This document shows positions 10,371 to 20,747 of a stretch of 64,000 nucleotides of DNA, one piece after another (the stretch's first letter is position 1; every line of letters begins with the position of its first letter). Source of the DNA: Candidatus Bathyarchaeota archaeon (GTDB lineage: Archaea > Thermoproteota > Bathyarchaeia > Bathyarchaeales > Bathycorpusculaceae); assembly GCA_963767735.1 (NCBI GenBank), contig CAVYES010000006.1, positions 288,001 to 352,000 of the forward strand. Direction: 5' to 3'. The position numbers and the translations under genes were made by a program. The notes below the pieces were generated by a model. That model saw nothing but the letters and a program-made list of their open reading frames with translations. It made no database searches and had not been told where the DNA came from.

Positions 10371-10880
10371 TTACCACGGGTTCCTTTTTAGCTTCATTTT
10401 ATATGCTAAGAAATTTGTGAATAAGTGAATAGGCGGAGTAATCAGCAAAACTGTAACTGCCACTTCCCAATTTATAATCGCTAAAGGAATCGAAAATACG
10501 ACCGCTCCAATAACAAAGTCAACTTGGTCGACAATTGGAAGTAAACCACCAGGCGCAATCCCTATTCTTCTTTTAATAAAAGCCCCTGTTAAATCGCCCA
10601 AAAGTGCACCTAAGGGAATCAAAAGAGCAAATAAAACTGGAAAATTAAAAACGGCGACTTCCATTAACCCGACTGCTATGCCTATTGCTAAGCCAACAAA
10701 GAAGCCCCTGAAAGTTTTGTTGTTGCCGAAAATTCTTTTTCCGTCAAAAAAGTTTTTCCCGAAATCCATCCTTGTGCCTCCTCCAGCAAGCACTGGTGTG
10801 GCGTTGGCGACGTAGGCGGGGAAAATAAATTTTAGTGCTTCAACGATTAGTTGGGTTATTTCCATGTGGTCAACCATCAT
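10371..10880 (-). CDS. carS: CDP-archaeol synthase
   Basis: PAYVANATPV, GKRIFGNNKTFRG, GDLTGAFIKRRIG and DQVDF motifs. Confidence 0.93.
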   Translation of the reverse strand: MMVDHMEITQLIVEALKFIFPAYVANATPVLAGGGTRMDFGKNFFDGKRIFGNNKTFRGFFVGLAIGIAVGLMEVAVFNFPVLFALLIPLGALLGDLTGAFIKRRIGIAPGGLLPIVDQVDFVIGAVVFSIPLAIINWEVAVTVLLITPPIHLFTNFLAYKMKLKRNPW

Positions 10881-11572
10881 TTTTGGAATTCAGAATCTTT
10901 TATTCCGGTTTCGCCTATTTGTACATAGCAAGTAACTTCTTGCTTGTTTTCTCTTGTTTCAAGAACAGCTTTGATTGTTTGAGGATAATCGGTAGGTTTC
11001 ATAGCGATTATTGTGTCAGCCCAAAATCTTAAAACTCTGTTTGCAACGGGCGCGACACTGACGTTTGGGTCATCAAAAACGCTTCTTACTTGGCTTACAA
11101 TTATAACTGGGATTTTTCGGATTTTTACTGTTTGCGCTAAAATTGCTAATTGCCTGTTCAATTCACGGTTTACGCTGAAGGCTTTGCCAGAGAACTCAGC
11201 AACCCTTGCTCCATACAAAGATGTGAAGGTGTCAATTATTATTAACCCAAAATTTTTCTCTGTATAATCTTGAATACGATCAATAACTGCCGTTTGCTCA
11301 CGGAAATCCTTAGGTTTAATTAAAATAACCTGCTCAGCGACTTGTTCGAATTTATCCCCTGAAAGCTGCGAAAGCCTTTTGGTTGAGAAAGTGTTATCGC
11401 AGTCCACAAAGAGGGTCTTTAAGTTTTGCAGTGCACAGCTAACGGCGCATTGTATGGCAAGTGTTGTTTTTCCAGTTTCAGGTTCACCATAGATTAAAGT
11501 AACGCTTTCGGGTGAAATGCCCCCGCCAATTTTGCTGTCAATGCATCGGCAACCAGTGTAGATCGTAACCAT
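10877..11572 (-). CDS. radB: RadB-like RecA-family ATPase
   Basis: Walker A YGEPETGKTT, Walker B IIIDT, SQVR; no RadA N-terminal domain. Confidence 0.85.
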   Translation of the reverse strand: MVTIYTGCRCIDSKIGGGISPESVTLIYGEPETGKTTLAIQCAVSCALQNLKTLFVDCDNTFSTKRLSQLSGDKFEQVAEQVILIKPKDFREQTAVIDRIQDYTEKNFGLIIIDTFTSLYGARVAEFSGKAFSVNRELNRQLAILAQTVKIRKIPVIIVSQVRSVFDDPNVSVAPVANRVLRFWADTIIAMKPTDYPQTIKAVLETRENKQEVTCYVQIGETGIKDSEFQK

Positions 11573-11657
11573 ACTTTACCCTTTTTCGCGTCAAGATTAT
11601 AAACTTGAAACTAGTAAAGTGTTCTGCACTTAAACTTATAATATAAAGGTTGATTTA

Positions 11658-12305
11658 TTGAAAGAAAAAGTTGCCGTAGCCACAGTGGAGGGAAAAGCGT
11701 ACTTTCTAATCGTAAACAAGTTAAGAGAACAAGATATCCCCTTCATAAGCTTGGTTCCTGGCGAGGTCGCGCCTGCCGAAGTGAGAGCGGTAATTACAAC
11801 TGAGAAAGAAAAGGACTTAGTGAAAAACGAAAACATACTAATCATACCAAGCGAAAATGAACTGGACGATTTGGTTAATGAGGTAAAGCGGATACTTCAA
11901 GGAAAAGAAGCCTACGAAAAAATCTTAATCGGCATTGACCCAGGTGAAGCAATTGGGCTGGCAGTAATTGCCGATGGAAAAGTTATTGAGGAAGACAACT
12001 GCTTTAGCACGCAAGAGGTAATTAACAGCATAATTAAGGCAATAAGAAACGTTAACTCCACCGTGACAAGCGTTTCCGTTAAAATTGGGAATGGTGTTCC
12101 AGTTTACAAGGAATTAGTCGAAGCTTTAGATGATGCTTTACCGCCTGCAACGGTGCTGGAAGTTGTGAATGAAGCCGGAACCAACCTGCCCATAAAAAAG
12201 AACAAGCGCAGCCGAAGAGTCAGGCATATTTCTTCAGCCATTCGGATTGCCGGAAGATCAGGCTATATTGTTCCAAGGAGGAAAATGATTGCAACAAACA
12301 GTTGA
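11658..12305 (+). CDS. Conserved archaeal protein with RNase H-like (YqgF-like) domain
   Basis: IGIDPG motif, VKIGNG, VNEAGT. Confidence 0.6.
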   Translation: MKEKVAVATVEGKAYFLIVNKLREQDIPFISLVPGEVAPAEVRAVITTEKEKDLVKNENILIIPSENELDDLVNEVKRILQGKEAYEKILIGIDPGEAIGLAVIADGKVIEEDNCFSTQEVINSIIKAIRNVNSTVTSVSVKIGNGVPVYKELVEALDDALPPATVLEVVNEAGTNLPIKKNKRSRRVRHISSAIRIAGRSGYIVPRRKMIATNS

Positions 12306-13377
12306 ACCAAATAGGGCACTGCTCGTGGATGGGCCAGCATCCGTTTGTGTTGTTTCCGGCAAAGCTGAAATGTTCGGTTATGAATTAAAACAGGAAGTAA
12401 AAATTGTGGTTCGGGAAGGAAAGCGCCTGCCCTTTTTTGTTCTCGAAAAAGCAGTTTTTGACGTTTCTTTAGGGCCAAACGCGAGCATTACAGAAGTTGA
12501 GGGCAGCACAATTCCAGATTCGTGGAGTAAACCTCTTGAAGCAATTTTGAGCTTGCAGAAGAAGCCCGGTGTTGTTTTGCTTTTGGGGAACATTGATTCT
12601 GGAAAAAGCAGTTATTGCACTTATTTAGTGAACAAGCTGGTTGATGGAAAATGCCGGGTTGCTCTTTTAGACGGCGATTTAGGTCAATCAGACATTGGTC
12701 CCTCTGGAACAGTTGGTTACGCGGTAATTTCCAAGCCAGTAACACAATTGCACAATCTGAAGTTGCAGAACGCCTTCTTTGTCGGTGTTACCTCGCCGAT
12801 AACATCAATAGCTAAAACAATCGAAGGCTTAGCCGCTATGAAGGCTGAGATTTTACAGAGACAGGTTGATTTTGTAGTGGTTAATACTGACGGGTGGGTT
12901 ACAGGCGACATCGCGGTAAGCTACAAAACGCAGCTTATAGATGCGTTAAAACCCGATGTCATAGTTGGCGTGCAGACAGACAATGAACTCAGATCAATTA
13001 TCGCTTATTTGGATAACATTCCCGTTATTTTAGTCGAGGCGTCTTCTTCTCTTAGCCCGCGAAGTGCAGAAAAACGCAAAATCCTACGCGAAATGACTTA
13101 TGCAAGATACTTGAAAAACCCAAAACTTCATTGCTACCCAATAAGCCAAATGACAATTGAACCAAGAAAAGCCCTTCCGAAAATTCAAGAGCCAGAAAAA
13201 GGACTCCTTGTCGGACTATATGGTTCAGAAAACAAATTCTTAGGAATCGGCGTCTTACGTGAAATCAATCGTATGCGAAAAGCGTTAAAGGTTCAAACAG
13301 CAATTTCAGCTAAACCAAAGAGACTTGTCTTTGGAAAAGTCTTGCTAAACGAGAAGTTACAGGAAATTCAAGACTGA
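12289..13377 (+). CDS. Clp1/Grc3-like polynucleotide 5'-hydroxyl kinase
   Basis: GNIDSGKSS Walker A, DGDLGQSDIGP, VNTDGWV. Confidence 0.9.
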   Translation: MQQTVEPNRALLVDGPASVCVVSGKAEMFGYELKQEVKIVVREGKRLPFFVLEKAVFDVSLGPNASITEVEGSTIPDSWSKPLEAILSLQKKPGVVLLLGNIDSGKSSYCTYLVNKLVDGKCRVALLDGDLGQSDIGPSGTVGYAVISKPVTQLHNLKLQNAFFVGVTSPITSIAKTIEGLAAMKAEILQRQVDFVVVNTDGWVTGDIAVSYKTQLIDALKPDVIVGVQTDNELRSIIAYLDNIPVILVEASSSLSPRSAEKRKILREMTYARYLKNPKLHCYPISQMTIEPRKALPKIQEPEKGLLVGLYGSENKFLGIGVLREINRMRKALKVQTAISAKPKRLVFGKVLLNEKLQEIQD

Positions 13378-15302
13378 TTTTTAAAGAAGTTGCTGATTTC
13401 CTTTGCTAATGCATTTTTTTCGTTGGGTAACGTTTTCATTCCATTTGTTATCCATGCGGGGAGGAAGCCTCGGCAGTAAAATGTTGCAAAGCGGGAGTCT
13501 AAAAAGACTATGGCTCCTCGGTCCTCTAATGTTCTGATTGGTCTTCCTGCGGCTTGAGAGGCTTTTTTCATGGCGGGCAAAACATACCCGTACTCTCGTC
13601 CAAGCCCTGGGAAGTATTTGTCATAGTATTCAATTTGCGCTTTCACTCTGGGCGTCGGCTCGGCGTATGGAATACCGACAACTGCAACGGAGTTCATTTG
13701 GTTGCCTGGGAAATCCACGCCCTCCGAGGTTCTTCCGCCTTGCACGCCGAGGAACACGGCGCCGTTTCGGCTGCCGCATTCTTTAAAATTTGTCACCATT
13801 TTTTCATTTTGCTCCGAGGTCATCTCTCTTTTCTCGTGAAAAAGAGGCTTTGACAGAGCATCCTCTAACCCCCCAGAAAGTATATTGTTTAACACTTCGA
13901 ATGAAGCAGCGAAAACACCCGTGTTGGTCGGCGTATTCTCCGCCACCTCGTTTATTCGTTCAATGATGGTTTGATACATGGCTGGAGTTCTTTTTTCCAT
14001 AGCAGTAGTTACCCCCGCGCATACAGCTGAGAACACATGTTCTTTAGGAAACGGCGAAGGCACAATGCATTCCACAGTGTTTAGCGGAAGCTTTGTTATT
14101 TGCTCATAAGCCTGCAGCGGCTGAAGCGTTCCCGACATAATCACATTGGCGTAGGTTGATGAAAAAACCGGCTTCGTAATTTTTGAAGGATCCAACGCCA
14201 CTATTTCCAATTTCGCCGTTTTGTTTCTATCTCTATTAAAATAGCAGCTTGCCACGTTTATGAAAGAATCGTCGTCCGCGGTGTCGAGCCATCTGAGCAG
14301 GAAATCCCCCATAGAATAAACATATGACCGCGGGTTTTTTCCCTCTGCCAACAAACGTTTCTTAATGGCGGTGCCTGCTTCGCATGTGCGTTCAAAGAAC
14401 CCTTTTGGGTCATCGATGCCTGCAGTTTTTTTGATGCTTTCGATTGTTTCATTGGGCGAAATTATCTTCTCCCGACTTACGCCATCAGTTAAGCTTTCAA
14501 TTGTATCCTTAAAGAAATGAGCAAATCTCTCAACTTCTCTGTTTCCAAATTTGTTGGCTTCTGCCTCTGCCTGCTTAACGGCGAAGGAGGATAAACTTGT
14601 GCTTGAGATGTCAATAGCTGTCTCAGGCAGATTATGCGCCTCATCAACGATCAGGATGATTTTTGATAGGTCTTGCTCCAGGTTTTTCAAAAAAGCGTTT
14701 CTAATGTTGGGCTCAAAAACATACAAGTAGCTTAAAGCGATTACTCTGGCTTCTGACACCGCAGACTTCACAAGTTCATAGGGGCAAAGTTCTCTTTTCA
14801 TGCAAATTGCCAGGATATCAGATGCTAAATATGGTCGAGCAGCAAGTGCGGCGGAAAGTTGAATAAAATCTGGTGTTCGCTTAACAACGTTGCCATAGTA
14901 TGGGCATCTGCTTTTGTTCTTCAGCAGCTCGCAGACTTCCATCATTGATTTTGAGTCAAAAGCTCCTCCAGTGGCAAACGCGTTAAGGCACATTTCATTG
15001 CGCCCACGAATAGAGACCCCCGCAACGGGTTGCTTTCTATGTATAGCTTTTAACTCTTCTATAACCCGGTCGTGCTGCCGATGGGTTCGCGCAACATAAA
15101 GTATCTTCAAATCTTTCTCAATTGCTACTGGCAGGCACGCAGAAAGAGCCGAGATGGTTTTTCCTAAACCGTTGCTTCCTTCAATGAGAACTGAACGTCT
15201 CTCATTCACCGCATTATAAACAGTCGAGATAAACTCGTCTTGATATGGGCGCACGCTCTGGTAGGGAAAATACTTTGCCACGGGGGCTGGGAGCTTAATC
15301 AT
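13368..15302 (-). CDS. xpd: XPD/Rad3-like Fe-S DNA helicase
   Basis: FPY..RPYQ, GLGKT, Fe-S cysteines, DEAHN, SGTL, SEGVDF, QAAGRPIR. Confidence 0.93.
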   Translation of the reverse strand: MIKLPAPVAKYFPYQSVRPYQDEFISTVYNAVNERRSVLIEGSNGLGKTISALSACLPVAIEKDLKILYVARTHRQHDRVIEELKAIHRKQPVAGVSIRGRNEMCLNAFATGGAFDSKSMMEVCELLKNKSRCPYYGNVVKRTPDFIQLSAALAARPYLASDILAICMKRELCPYELVKSAVSEARVIALSYLYVFEPNIRNAFLKNLEQDLSKIILIVDEAHNLPETAIDISSTSLSSFAVKQAEAEANKFGNREVERFAHFFKDTIESLTDGVSREKIISPNETIESIKKTAGIDDPKGFFERTCEAGTAIKKRLLAEGKNPRSYVYSMGDFLLRWLDTADDDSFINVASCYFNRDRNKTAKLEIVALDPSKITKPVFSSTYANVIMSGTLQPLQAYEQITKLPLNTVECIVPSPFPKEHVFSAVCAGVTTAMEKRTPAMYQTIIERINEVAENTPTNTGVFAASFEVLNNILSGGLEDALSKPLFHEKREMTSEQNEKMVTNFKECGSRNGAVFLGVQGGRTSEGVDFPGNQMNSVAVVGIPYAEPTPRVKAQIEYYDKYFPGLGREYGYVLPAMKKASQAAGRPIRTLEDRGAIVFLDSRFATFYCRGFLPAWITNGMKTLPNEKNALAKEISNFFKNQS

Positions 15303-15970
15303 TTCTTATCTCCCAAATAGTTCGATGGACAATAACTGTTCACTGGGCACTGTGGGCAAAGCGGCTGCCTTGCCTTGCAGTATCTTCTGCCATGAGCAAT
15401 CAACAGCAAATGAACCGCCAAATAATCTTTCGGGTCAAAAAGCGACTGCAGACTCAAACGCACCTCTTCGTAACCGCCGTTTGCAGGCGCCCACCCAAGC
15501 CGCTTCGACACCCGATTCACATGCGTATCCACAGGAATGGTGGGTTGATTAGCTGAGAAAAGTAAGACAACATCCGCCGTTTTCGGCCCAACTCCAGGCA
15601 TCTCCATCAGCGTTTTTCTAGCTTCGTCAAGTGGCAATGATAAGATTGGCTTTAGTGAGCCACCAAATTTTTCGAGAATGATTTTTGAGACTGCTTTTAT
15701 TGTTTTGGCTTTACTTTTGTAGAGACCGCCAACGTGGAGGCAAGCTTCAATTTTGCTTGTTTCGGCACTTGATAGTGTCTGAGGCATTACTTCGAACTGC
15801 TTCGAGAGGTTTTCGAAGGCTCTCTCAGTATTGCGGTCAGCGGTGTTCTGTGAAATAATCGTTATAACCAAGGTTTCGAATGGGTCACATTTTGATTTAA
15901 CCAGTTTAGGCACGGCTAATTTGTCCTGTAATATCTGCAAGATTGTTGCCGCATGACTGTTAGCCATCAT
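15299..15970 (-). CDS. nth: Endonuclease III (HhH-GPD glycosylase)
   Basis: MPGVGPKTA HhH, VDTHVNR, C-x6-C-x2-C-x5-C Fe-S motif; start placed at the ATG at 15970. Confidence 0.93.
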   Translation of the reverse strand: MMANSHAATILQILQDKLAVPKLVKSKCDPFETLVITIISQNTADRNTERAFENLSKQFEVMPQTLSSAETSKIEACLHVGGLYKSKAKTIKAVSKIILEKFGGSLKPILSLPLDEARKTLMEMPGVGPKTADVVLLFSANQPTIPVDTHVNRVSKRLGWAPANGGYEEVRLSLQSLFDPKDYLAVHLLLIAHGRRYCKARQPLCPQCPVNSYCPSNYLGDKK

Positions 15971-16358
15971 CGTGCCTTCATAGGTCTCGAAAATATTGAC
16001 CTCCAACTATTGATTTGCCAAGTTATAAATATCATCTGTACAAAAAAATGCAAGCTTAACTTGGATTTTCAGTGAGTATTTTTGCCTCTTGTTTTATCTT
16101 ATGCTTTTTTCTAAACAAACTGACTTTTCTATGTTGAAAAGAACATTCTGCATGCTGCGTGCTACTGCTAAAGTTAGTGCTCAGTCATGTTGTCGTGCAA
16201 TTTGTGGGTAGCTGAGCTCTATGTGTCCGGTTTTGGCGTAGGTGTATTGTTGCTCGTTTAGTTGTTGGCGTAATTGTCGATGGTATGGTTTTTCTAAGCA
16301 ATTTTTTTGTGACTTGTATACAAATATACTTTAATACTTAGTATACATTTGGAAGTAA

Positions 16359-16580
16359 GTGGTGCAGTTAATGAATGAGACAACAACGATAAGGGTCTCA
16401 AAGAAAACGGCAGAGACACTAGAAAATCTCCGAGAGAAACTCGGCGCGGAAAGTCTTGACGAAACTATCCAATCGCTTGTAAAAAAGCAGCGTAAGGCTA
16501 TTTTAGAGGTATCTTTCGGTGCAGACAAAGGACGCATTAAGCCTTTCACGGAGAATGATCGCGGTGAAGACCGTAGTTGA
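16359..16580 (+). CDS. VapB-type antitoxin (RHH/DUF217-like)
   Basis: TTTIRVSKKT N-terminus; overlaps the downstream PIN gene. Confidence 0.75.
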   Translation: MVQLMNETTTIRVSKKTAETLENLREKLGAESLDETIQSLVKKQRKAILEVSFGADKGRIKPFTENDRGEDRS

Positions 16581-16971
16581 CTCTTATGCTTGGATTGAAC
16601 ATTTCCTAGGCAGCGAAAAAGGCGGCAAAACCGACGAAATATTACAAAACTCCGATGAAATTTACACTCCAGACATCGTGTTAGCTGAAATCGCAAGGAA
16701 ATATGCCCGAGAAGGCGTTGAAGATAACATAATCAGGTCACGGCTGCAACAAATAGAAGATGCCTCAAATATCGTAGCCTTAAATGCAGAAATAGCCTTA
16801 TTGGCATCAAAATGCTATCTGGGAATGCAAGCTAATGCAAAAAAACTAAAATTAACACTGCCCGGTTTATTTGACCCCATAATATTAGCCACAGGTAGAT
16901 CATTAAACGCGAAAATTCTAACAGGAGACCAACATTTCAAGAACCTGCCCGAAACAATATGGCTCGAATAA
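16564..16971 (+). CDS. vapC: PIN-domain VapC toxin
   Basis: VVDSYAW, LAEI, FD, TGDQHF; GTG start inferred. Confidence 0.9.
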   Translation: MKTVVDSYAWIEHFLGSEKGGKTDEILQNSDEIYTPDIVLAEIARKYAREGVEDNIIRSRLQQIEDASNIVALNAEIALLASKCYLGMQANAKKLKLTLPGLFDPIILATGRSLNAKILTGDQHFKNLPETIWLE

Positions 16972-17133
16972 CAAAATAGATCTCTTCCCATAAAAGATTG
17001 GGAGATAGCGGCTTAGCTTTTTGTGAATGTGAACGAATGAGGATTCGGATTTAATTTTAAAATTGATCTTGGGCGACAGTAATAGTTAAGTTGTTTCTTC
17101 TGCAATTGTACTACTTGAAGTTGAAGTTGAACT

Positions 17134-17364
17134 ATGGACGAAGTGCTTGTAACCCGCAAAGGGCAAATCACAGTTCCCATTGCACTAAGACGCAAATATG
17201 GAATAAAACAGGGAATGAAACTATCAGTGCAAGATTCAGGCTCAAGCATAGTGCTGCAAGTTGTACCCCGAATCGAAGACCTGGCTGGCATTGATGCAGG
17301 CAAAATTTCAGTTGAAAAAGCCAAAGAAATGCTGGACAAGATGAGATCTGAAAACCGATATTAA
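17134..17364 (+). CDS. AbrB/MazE-family antitoxin
   Basis: VTRKGQITVPIALRRKYGI motif. Confidence 0.9.
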   Translation: MDEVLVTRKGQITVPIALRRKYGIKQGMKLSVQDSGSSIVLQVVPRIEDLAGIDAGKISVEKAKEMLDKMRSENRY

Positions 17365-17365
17365 A

Positions 17366-17770
17366 ATGAAAGCCGTAATTGATACCCGCTTCTTAATCGA
17401 GCATTTTTTAGCTCAAGACGAGTCAAGCAAAAAACTCACCAGAATAATTTTAGAAAATTTGCAAAGCCGCTCAAATCTCGGTCTTGTACCCTCAATTGTA
17501 ATTCATGAATTCTACAAGTTTTTGCTTGAAAACTATGGAAGAGACGTAGCTGACATTAGGACCAACATTATTCAATCAGCCGAATTAGAAATAGTTAACC
17601 TTGACGTAATTATCGGAATCGAAGCTGCCAAACTCCGATGCAAATACGCCGAGCTGCCAACAGCCGACGCCATAATAGCAGCAACAGCAATCGTAACATC
17701 CAGCGACTACATCTTAACCGACGACAAACACATCAAACAAATAAAAGAAACAAAAACAAAATGGATCTAA
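17366..17770 (+). CDS. vapC: PIN-domain VapC toxin
   Basis: VIDT, IHE, ADAIIAATA, LTDD. Confidence 0.9.
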   Translation: MKAVIDTRFLIEHFLAQDESSKKLTRIILENLQSRSNLGLVPSIVIHEFYKFLLENYGRDVADIRTNIIQSAELEIVNLDVIIGIEAAKLRCKYAELPTADAIIAATAIVTSSDYILTDDKHIKQIKETKTKWI

Positions 17771-17940
17771 AACCTTGATGTAGTTATCGGAATCCCCTAA
17801 CAAGCTGGAATGCTTCCCATGCAAAATTGAAAACGGAAAAATACATTTTGCCGTTTCTAAAAAGAGTAAGTTGCTATTCCTTATGCCGTTTAAGGAATAA
17901 ATAATTGTTCGGTCTTCATTCTTATCAGAGGTTGTTTTTT

Positions 17941-18396
17941 ATGGCGGCTCCGGATGATTTGACAAACATTCTTGACCCAAACGAGACTGTTGAACTCTAC
18001 ATCAAACAAAAGTTTTACCACCTCGCAATTGACATCGACTCAGTTGTCATAACCAACAAGAGGGTAATTTTGCGGCATCCTCATGCGCTCGGATTAAAAA
18101 AAGACTACACTGATTACAACTACATGGACTTTGAGAACGTAATCATTGACAATGGAATCGTGCGTTCCACAATCAAATGCACATTCAAGACCGCAATAGC
18201 GCCCCTTTTACTAAATGACGTACCTAAAGCAGATGCAGAAAAAGCATACAGAATAATAAGAGACAACCTCAACAAAGCCCAAACACAGGCTCTAACAGAA
18301 GAAACAACTCCACAAATGATAATTTGCTCGTACTGTGGAACCAAAAATACGCCAGATGCTTCCAAGTGCATTAATTGTGGAGCAAACTTATCATAG
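17941..18396 (+). CDS. Bacterial PH-domain protein with C-terminal zinc ribbon
   Basis: DSVVITNKRVI bPH motif; CSYC...CINC; start placed at the ATG at 17941. Confidence 0.75.
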   Translation: MAAPDDLTNILDPNETVELYIKQKFYHLAIDIDSVVITNKRVILRHPHALGLKKDYTDYNYMDFENVIIDNGIVRSTIKCTFKTAIAPLLLNDVPKADAEKAYRIIRDNLNKAQTQALTEETTPQMIICSYCGTKNTPDASKCINCGANLS

Positions 18397-18510
18397 GGAG
18401 TTGGAAACGAGGCCATAATACTGTCGAGTTGTTATTGATGACGAATGTAAGTGCAAAATACTATGCATTATTAACGCATAGATTTATATTTTAATAATGC
18501 ACAATTTAAC

Positions 18511-19722
18511 TTGATGATTCTCAAAGAAACCTTACGAAGCATAGTTAAATCCCAACAAAAAGACCTAGAGTGCGCAGAGCAAGGTATAACGCGAGCTATA
18601 GCTCAAAAAATAGACCTCACACTTCCCTTTGCCGAAATCTTATCCGGAATACGACGCTGTGGAAAAAGCACTTTGCTAAGGCAAATCATGACCAAAACTC
18701 GGAGCTCATACTACTTCAATTTTGAAGATCCAAGAGCAACCAGTTTTGAACTCAACGATTTCCAGAAGTTGAATGAAATTTTTAGAGAAGAGTTCGGAGA
18801 AAACGACAATTATTTTTTCGATGAAATTCAGAACGTAGAAAAGTGGGAACTCTTTGTAAGAACAATGCTTGATAAGAAAAAGCACTTCTTAATTACAGGT
18901 TCAAACGCGTCGCTGATGAGCAAAGAGCTTGGAACCAGGCTGACTGGGAGACATCTGAAACAGGAACTTTTTCCTTTTTCTTATTATGAATTTCTTAATT
19001 TTACTTCAAGAGAGAAAGGCGCTGAATCTTTCGGAGAATATTTGAAGAGAGGCGGATTTCCTGAATTCCTGAAATATGGTAGAAGCGATATTCTTCAAGA
19101 GCTTTTCAACGACATAATCATGCGCGATATTGTTGTGCGGCATAAACTAAGAAGCCCAAAAGCCATAAAGGAAATGGCGCTTTTTTTGATCTCCAATGTT
19201 GGCGTAGAGTTTTCCTACAACAGCCTTGCTAAAACGTTCAGCCTTGGTTCGACTAACAGTGCAATAGCCTTTGTTTCATATTTGGAAGATAGCTATCTGT
19301 TATTTACTGTATCCAAGTTTGACTTTTCTTTAAAAAAGCAAGCCGTAAACCCAAAAAAAGTGTATTTGATAGACAATGGATTGGCTGATGTAAATTCAAT
19401 TTCGTTCTCAGCGAACAAGGGAAGAATGTTTGAAAACTGCGTGTTTTTGGAACTTCGAAGAACTGGAAAAGAAATATACTATTTCAGAGAAAATAAAGAG
19501 TGTGATTTTCTCATCAAGGAAAAAAACAAGATTGTTCAGGCAATCCAAACTTGCTACGAATTAAATGAAGACAACAAGAAAAGAGAAATTGACGGCTTAA
19601 TTGAAGCAATGATCAAGTTCGATTTACCCGAAGGATTAATATTGACTTATGACCAGGAAGACGAAATAGAACTGTCGGGAAAAAATATAAAAATTAAGCC
19701 AGCTTGGCGTTGGTTTCAATGA
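18511..19722 (+). CDS. AAA_14 + DUF4143 ATPase
   Basis: GIRRCGKST, FDEIQ, TGSNA, GGFPE, KVYLIDNG, ECDFL. Confidence 0.9.
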   Translation: MMILKETLRSIVKSQQKDLECAEQGITRAIAQKIDLTLPFAEILSGIRRCGKSTLLRQIMTKTRSSYYFNFEDPRATSFELNDFQKLNEIFREEFGENDNYFFDEIQNVEKWELFVRTMLDKKKHFLITGSNASLMSKELGTRLTGRHLKQELFPFSYYEFLNFTSREKGAESFGEYLKRGGFPEFLKYGRSDILQELFNDIIMRDIVVRHKLRSPKAIKEMALFLISNVGVEFSYNSLAKTFSLGSTNSAIAFVSYLEDSYLLFTVSKFDFSLKKQAVNPKKVYLIDNGLADVNSISFSANKGRMFENCVFLELRRTGKEIYYFRENKECDFLIKEKNKIVQAIQTCYELNEDNKKREIDGLIEAMIKFDLPEGLILTYDQEDEIELSGKNIKIKPAWRWFQ

Positions 19723-19758
19723 AGCGATTACATTGTTGACACGACGGCAAAAGTCTTG

Positions 19759-20604
19759 TTAAAAGTTCCAGAGTGTGTTTGCGCTGTGTTGGGCTTTTTC
19801 TATAATGGATAGCACGGTTGCTTGGGGTAATCCTGTTTTCCTTTCAATTGTTGCTTTGTCTTGGTCAAGTAACTGTTTTATGAGCACTATCCCAGAGTTA
19901 ACTAGTCTTAGCCTTGCTTCAACGCTTACTCCTCTGAGGCAACTTAACGGGTATAATTTGTTTTTTTCAATAGCTTCTCTTAGCCCAAAGTGTTCAGGTG
20001 AAGTCCAACCTATCTGTATGAGGTTTTTGCATTTTCCGTATTGTATCGCGTGATCTGAGTATCTGGTGTTGGTGACTATAACGGCCCGGTCAATTTTTAG
20101 GTCTGTTAAGCCAAGCGTGAAGGCGTCTGTAACGTCTTCGAGCACTGCCCAGGCTATTCGGCTTTCATCCAGCCCCGTTAAGGCATGATAGCTTAAATGA
20201 TGTTTAACCTCAACAAAGTAGGTGACGCCATCCTTCCTCGCAATCCCATCTACCTCATGTTCTCCGCATTTTCCCCTAAGAACCTGATTAGGAGTAACCT
20301 CAAAACCAGTATGCGCCAACAAAACCTGTATGAACAATTCAAATTCTGGCTTGGGCTCCATCAGGCTTATGCCCTGTTTTAGGTCGAAGAGGTGACTAAC
20401 AGCAGGCCTGTATTTCCTCATATACGTGAAAATCAGCTTTAGAATCGCCTCTGTCGTTATGCCATCGTAAAGTCTTCTTCCAATCCGCTCCGCAACTTCA
20501 TTAGCAATATAGCTGTCTGCCCCCATCCTTAGGCAAGTCTGCACAATTTTTTCTCTGCTAAACGACTGTTTGGAACCGTCTGCTTTGGTAACGAGAAATG
20601 CCAA
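19759..20604 (-). CDS. ATP-cone domain fused to Mrr-like restriction endonuclease domain
   Basis: VTKADGSKQSF ATP-cone; HEVDG...VEVKH PD-(D/E)XK motif; TTG start inferred. Confidence 0.8.
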   Translation of the reverse strand: MAFLVTKADGSKQSFSREKIVQTCLRMGADSYIANEVAERIGRRLYDGITTEAILKLIFTYMRKYRPAVSHLFDLKQGISLMEPKPEFELFIQVLLAHTGFEVTPNQVLRGKCGEHEVDGIARKDGVTYFVEVKHHLSYHALTGLDESRIAWAVLEDVTDAFTLGLTDLKIDRAVIVTNTRYSDHAIQYGKCKNLIQIGWTSPEHFGLREAIEKNKLYPLSCLRGVSVEARLRLVNSGIVLIKQLLDQDKATIERKTGLPQATVLSIIEKAQHSANTLWNF

Positions 20605-20747
20605 GTTGCATGCACCAGTTAGAAAGAAAAATACGCAGAGTGCAGTTTTAAGTTTATTCATTCTCCAAAGATGCTATGCTGAAAATGGAAAGCTGAAATA
20701 ATCGTGTGCCAATGATATTGTAGACTGCTATTTCTGTTGGTGATATT

